Shown: one piece after another, positions 60,091 to 64,000 of the stretch
Layout: each line of letters opens with the position of its first letter
Numbering within the stretch: the stretch's first letter is position 1
Assembly (NCBI GenBank): GCA_963797095.1
Contig: CAWCNY010000004.1
Location: forward strand, 608,001 to 672,000
Direction: 5' to 3'
Origin: an uncultured Chloroflexia bacterium
Lineage (GTDB): Bacteria > Chloroflexota > Chloroflexia > QHBQ01 > JADMIH01
DNA: 64,000 bases
The notes under the pieces: model-generated
Database searches by the model: none
The model's input: only the letters and a program-made list of their open reading frames with translations
What the model was told of the DNA's origin: nothing
Position numbers and translations under genes: made by a program

Positions 60091-60122
60091 TTGTAGGGGC
60101 GAGGCATGCCTCGCCCCTACAA
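60091..60122. repeat. GTAG-type REP-like palindrome
   Basis: TTGTAGGGGCGAGGCA-TGCCTCGCCCCTACAA, perfect palindrome. Confidence 0.75.
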
Positions 60123-60210
60123 CGGATTTATCCTTCCAACCACATATTGACTTTGAATCCGCCCTGGGATCATTCAGGACCATCAACAGCCTAGAAGGAC
60201 CCATTAACCC

Positions 60211-60543
60211 ATGAACACACTCCATTATGACCTCGCCTTACTCATAGGCAAAGAGAGCAGCGCCGAACAAGTACACCTGCTCCTGGCGGATGCACGCGAC
60301 TTCTTGCGCGCATTGGGAGAAGCGGATTTCACCCGGCATAACCTGGATCAAGGGCTGCGCGCCGTTGCAGGCAAACGGGGGATCGATCCTGCCTGGCTAT
60401 TTCGCCCGCTTCGCGTCGCCCTCCAGGGCAACATGGGGCAACCCGACCTCTACGAAACAATGCTGGCACTTAGGCGGGACCGCACCCTGAAGCTGGTAGA
60501 GGAGGCAATAAGATCTCTGGGCAGCATGGCAAATACAACATAG
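60211..60543 (+). CDS. stand-alone protein resembling the GluRS anticodon-binding domain
   Basis: LF.PLRVAL.G....P.L.E.M..L.R...L motif. Confidence 0.65.
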   Translation: MNTLHYDLALLIGKESSAEQVHLLLADARDFLRALGEADFTRHNLDQGLRAVAGKRGIDPAWLFRPLRVALQGNMGQPDLYETMLALRRDRTLKLVEEAIRSLGSMANTT

Positions 60544-60600
60544 TCAAGAACAAAGCGAGCGAGCAGCCAGGCTGCTCGCTCGCTTTGTTCTTGACTATGT
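60538..60600. terminator. 63-bp perfect inverted repeat between convergent genes
   Basis: 31-bp arms ACATAGTCAAGAACAAAGCGAGCGAGCAGCC with a 1-nt centre. Confidence 0.7.
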
Positions 60601-60620
60601 GTAAGACGTTATTGAATGCC

Positions 60621-60890
60621 CTATGCCTCCGTATGTGCCAGAGGCGATTCGCTCCTGCTCTCGAGAGAAAGCATCTTCGACAAGATGCGCTGAAGTGCCA
60701 TAGCGTGGCTGCACGTTCCGTACACAGCATAGGTGCTGCAATTGCATATCCAGTGATTTTCGTTGAGTGTAAGTTGATAGTCGCTGTGCTCGCCCCTGAA
60801 ATTGGCTTGCAGGTTCAAGATGGTCACGCGTTCCGGTTCGTGCTCATACCGCTGGGCCTTCTCTATCTTGCCGATCATGCTTGAGTTCAT
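60621..60890 (-). CDS. small SWIM zinc-finger-like protein
   Basis: GGAGG RBS; GKIEKA.RY..E..R; CxC-x8-CxH (CNC..CSH). Confidence 0.8.
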   Translation of the reverse strand: MNSSMIGKIEKAQRYEHEPERVTILNLQANFRGEHSDYQLTLNENHWICNCSTYAVYGTCSHAMALQRILSKMLSLESRSESPLAHTEA

Positions 60891-61130
60891 TGAGGAACCT
60901 CCGATCTTGAATTGAGAAAGAATATTGTCCGATACGGCAACCCCTTTGCGCCGGGGCTACCATTGCCCACTGTTTCGTGCAGCCTATAGAACACAAACAC
61001 CGGCAAGAGTTCATGCTCTCAGCCGGTGTTCTAGTCTTCACGCAGGGGCACCTCGCGAACTGTTCGCAATGCCCCTGAAGAATTCCTGTCCATAAGCGGT
61101 TCCCTCCGTATCCGGAGTTTCGATAGGCTA

Positions 61131-61159
61131 ATTATACTCCTACTACCAGGTCGAGTCAA
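61131..61159 (-). promoter_or_regulatory. sigma70-type promoter about 240 bp upstream of the SWIM gene
   Basis: TTGACT-17 bp-TATAAT on the minus strand. Confidence 0.75.
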
Positions 61160-61261
61160 CATCTTTTCCCCATAATTAACCCGCAGTTAGCCCCAATGGG
61201 CTAACCCCACGGCGAGTTGCGCCCAGATGCGAAGACCGCTTGTGATATAATTAGTGACAGC

Positions 61262-62746
61262 ATGAATGCTTGGTTTTGTAGGCATAAATTCAAGCTTAGA
61301 AAAAGAATATCACGCCGCAGTGCCCGCGTCCTGGTGTGTCTGGTTGCCCTCTGGATATCAGTGGCGGGCCTCCTATTGTGGCGAATGCCATCGCCTGCGC
61401 ACGCCGCTGTACCGGTCAATATGCTGTACGGATCCGCCCCCGACACGCCCGACAGCCAGCTACAGGCGATCATTGAGGACGTAATAAAGGACCACTCAGG
61501 GACCTGGGGGGTGGCGGTCAAAAAGCTCGATACCGGGCAGTATGCTGCGGTAAATGGGGACGTGCAGCAGGTATCCGCATCTCTCTATAAGCTGTGGGTG
61601 CTGTCGGAGCTTTATCACCAGGTCAGCTCCAGAAAGGTCGACCTCGACGACACCGGCACCGTCACCAATGCCGACGCCTCCGAGGATTCCTTTTACGGCG
61701 ATTTGCGTATCTACCCCGGCACCGTGCTAACCTTCCGTAGCGCAGCCCGCCAGATGGTGGTGGTTAGCGACAACACCGCCGCCCACTTTCTCGTGCGCAA
61801 CCTGGGTGTGGACCGCGTCAATGCCTTCATGCAGGCTAACGGCCTCACGCACTCGTATCTTGCCTGGGACAACGGCGGTGACAACGTAACCACCCCCCTC
61901 GATGTGTTGCGCGAGCTTGAGATGATGGCGACCTCGCAGATGGTGGATGCCGCCTCCAGCCAGGCTATGATCAACACCATGCTCGACCAGCAGATCAACA
62001 ACCGCCTGCCGCTGGGTGTCCCTTCTGAGGCGCGCATAGCCCACAAGACAGGCGACCTCGGCAATCTCCTGCATGATGTGGGGATCGTATATGGTCCCTC
62101 CGGGCCGTTCGTGATCGTGGCTATGTCAAGCCATCTATACTCGCTCCAGGACGCATTCCAGGCTATGCCTGAGCTTGCAAGTCGCGTGTACGCGTATTTC
62201 AATAACCAGGAGTCAAGCCCCGCCCGCTACTTTCCTGAGACAAAACAGACGGTGGGCCACGACTTCCTGAAAGTATGGAATGAGTACGGCGGCCTGGATA
62301 TCTTTGGGTTTCCAATCGGGCCTGAGCACATCAAAAACGGCCTCCTTGTGCAAGATTTCGAGCGTGCCCGTATGGAGTTGCACCCGGAGTTGGCGGGATC
62401 GGGCGGCCCCGACCCGACAGTTGCGCTGGGGCTGGTGGGGCAGGAACGAGCCGCCCAACTTGGCCTGCAATGGCCCCGCGCGGACAACACGGGCGAGGGA
62501 CTCTATTTCGACGCGACCGGGCAGGAGATCACGGGCGACTTTCTCTGGTACTGGCAAAACAGGGGAGGCGAGCGCATTTTCGGCTGGCCTATCTCCCCGG
62601 CGGCGGAGATGGTGAACCCGGCTGACGGCAAGAGCTACCTCACTCAGTGGTTCCAGCGAGCACGCATGGAATATCATCCTGAGATGCCTGAGGGCCAGCG
62701 CATCGTTTTGGGTGCTCTCGGCACGGAACTGGCATCCGATAGATAA
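61262..62746 (+). CDS. class A beta-lactamase-like serine hydrolase with FPETG-type repeats
   Basis: SLYK (SxxK), SDN, HKTG; C-terminal YFPET..FG.PI..Q.FERAR.E repeats; start uncertain. Confidence 0.88.
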   Translation: MNAWFCRHKFKLRKRISRRSARVLVCLVALWISVAGLLLWRMPSPAHAAVPVNMLYGSAPDTPDSQLQAIIEDVIKDHSGTWGVAVKKLDTGQYAAVNGDVQQVSASLYKLWVLSELYHQVSSRKVDLDDTGTVTNADASEDSFYGDLRIYPGTVLTFRSAARQMVVVSDNTAAHFLVRNLGVDRVNAFMQANGLTHSYLAWDNGGDNVTTPLDVLRELEMMATSQMVDAASSQAMINTMLDQQINNRLPLGVPSEARIAHKTGDLGNLLHDVGIVYGPSGPFVIVAMSSHLYSLQDAFQAMPELASRVYAYFNNQESSPARYFPETKQTVGHDFLKVWNEYGGLDIFGFPIGPEHIKNGLLVQDFERARMELHPELAGSGGPDPTVALGLVGQERAAQLGLQWPRADNTGEGLYFDATGQEITGDFLWYWQNRGGERIFGWPISPAAEMVNPADGKSYLTQWFQRARMEYHPEMPEGQRIVLGALGTELASDR

Positions 62747-62878
62747 GCTCGATCCTGGTGTAAAGCGCAACCATATCGCCTGCCCGACCGTTATACTTGC
62801 TAGGCAGGCATGCATCCTGCGAGGCTATGTCGTTCCCACCGATCGCGCTCGCCTATTGCCCGAACAGGAATCCCACCC

Positions 62879-64000
62879 ATGACCCACGGAAGAAACCGCA
62901 AGAGTATCCTGTCTGCCCTTCTGTTAGCCTGCTCGGTGCTGGTATCGGTTGTAGTCACGAGCGAAGCCGCCGATAAGCCATCTGACCCGAATATCGCCCA
63001 GAGCACGACTCCACTGGCAACTGCCCAGAAGAGCCTGCAATCGAAATCCGCCGGTGAGGACCTCGAAGCTGACACAATCAAGTACGGATTCTTGATGGCA
63101 CTGACCGGGAATAACTCCGCCGTTCGCACTATGGGCTTTACTTGGGTATCATACGGCGTCTTCTGGAGCGAAGAAGAACCTACGCAGGGGCAGTATAGCT
63201 GGCTCTCAGGCGCAAACAACGTAGATAACATAGCGGACGCGGCGCGCACCGCCAACGTAAACCTCCTTATCCGTATCAGCCGCACGCCCGATTGGGCGCG
63301 TGACCCTAATTGCGCGGGCAACGACACGTGCCCCCCTGCGGACGCCACCAACTTCGGCAGGTTCGCCGGCGTCCTGGCCGCCAGGGTGCGCTCTCGTTTG
63401 AGCGGCCAGCAGGTGGCGTACGAGATATGGAACGAACCCAACACGTCGGGCGAATGGGGCGGCCTGTGCCCCGATCCCGCCAGGTACACCGCTTTGTTGC
63501 GGGCCGCCTACCCTCGGATCAAAGCCAGTGACCCCTCGGCCACCGTCGCCGGAGGGGCGGTCACCACCGTGGCCGAGGTGCGTACAAACTGCCACGTAGA
63601 CGATCTCAACTTCATCCAGGGGATGTACAACGCGGGCGCGGCCCCTTACTTCGACGTACTTTCCGACCATCCCTACGGTTTCATCACCGCCCCCGAGGCA
63701 GACCCTGTGACAAGTCCCAGCGGACTGGTGTTTCGAAGGGCCGAGCGCCACCGGGCGTACATGGTGGCAAACGGCGACGGCAGCAAGAAGATTTGGGCTA
63801 CCGAGTTGGGCTGGGCCATCAACCCGGCCACCGAGGGCTATAGCTGCCCGGCGAGCGAAATTCAGTGGTACCAGATATACAACCAGCAGCAGCAGGCCGA
63901 TTACCTTGTGAGGGCCTACCAGTGGGCGCGCTCGTATTGGCCCTGGATGGGTGCGATGTTCACCTGGAACTTCGACTTTGACGAGGCCCCCTGGTACTCG
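62879..64000 (+). CDS. secreted clan-A glycoside hydrolase (GH5/GH39-like), truncated by the window end
   Basis: Signal peptide; W...E...G.Y.W, YEIWNEPN, HPY, WATE.GW. Confidence 0.85.
   Translation, partial: MTHGRNRKSILSALLLACSVLVSVVVTSEAADKPSDPNIAQSTTPLATAQKSLQSKSAGEDLEADTIKYGFLMALTGNNSAVRTMGFTWVSYGVFWSEEEPTQGQYSWLSGANNVDNIADAARTANVNLLIRISRTPDWARDPNCAGNDTCPPADATNFGRFAGVLAARVRSRLSGQQVAYEIWNEPNTSGEWGGLCPDPARYTALLRAAYPRIKASDPSATVAGGAVTTVAEVRTNCHVDDLNFIQGMYNAGAAPYFDVLSDHPYGFITAPEADPVTSPSGLVFRRAERHRAYMVANGDGSKKIWATELGWAINPATEGYSCPASEIQWYQIYNQQQQADYLVRAYQWARSYWPWMGAMFTWNFDFDEAPWYS

Noticed and set aside
61262-62746. Bona fide antibiotic-resistance beta-lactamase
   Set aside because: SxxK/SDN/KTG are present but no clear omega-loop Glu166 motif; a cell-wall-associated PBP-like hydrolase is more likely

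Overview
Bacterial chromosomal window, about 58-60% GC by eye. It is most likely Chloroflexota, judging from the FPETG-type cell-surface repeats, a sortase with MPxTG substrates and a DegS/DegU-like pair. Housekeeping content includes ileS, tRNA-Lys, tRNA-Asn, rpmI-rplT, mutL, cdsA, a plsC-like acyltransferase, a TPP riboswitch with a thiamine-precursor ABC transporter, and thiN. Accessory content includes two related ISKra4-like elements (one broken by a tandem-repeat expansion), a 2.1-kb islet bounded by a duplicated tRNA-Lys 3' end, and several pseudogenes. The best candidates for undescribed systems are: (1) an Ile-specifier T-box whose first gene is a cupin/RNase H-like fusion, upstream of an IleRS2 with the swapped GxHH signature; (2) a 10-kb cluster of STAND-like ATPase/HTH regulator, SnoaL protein, membrane protein, sortase-anchored DUF4331, TPR protein, His-rich Ni/Co transporter and FeeM/LuxI-like acyltransferase; (3) a long structured leader before a SWIM-finger gene, a promoter module repeated 46 kb apart, and dispersed heptamer repeats at gene ends. 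All family assignments come from motif recognition by eye; no searches were run.
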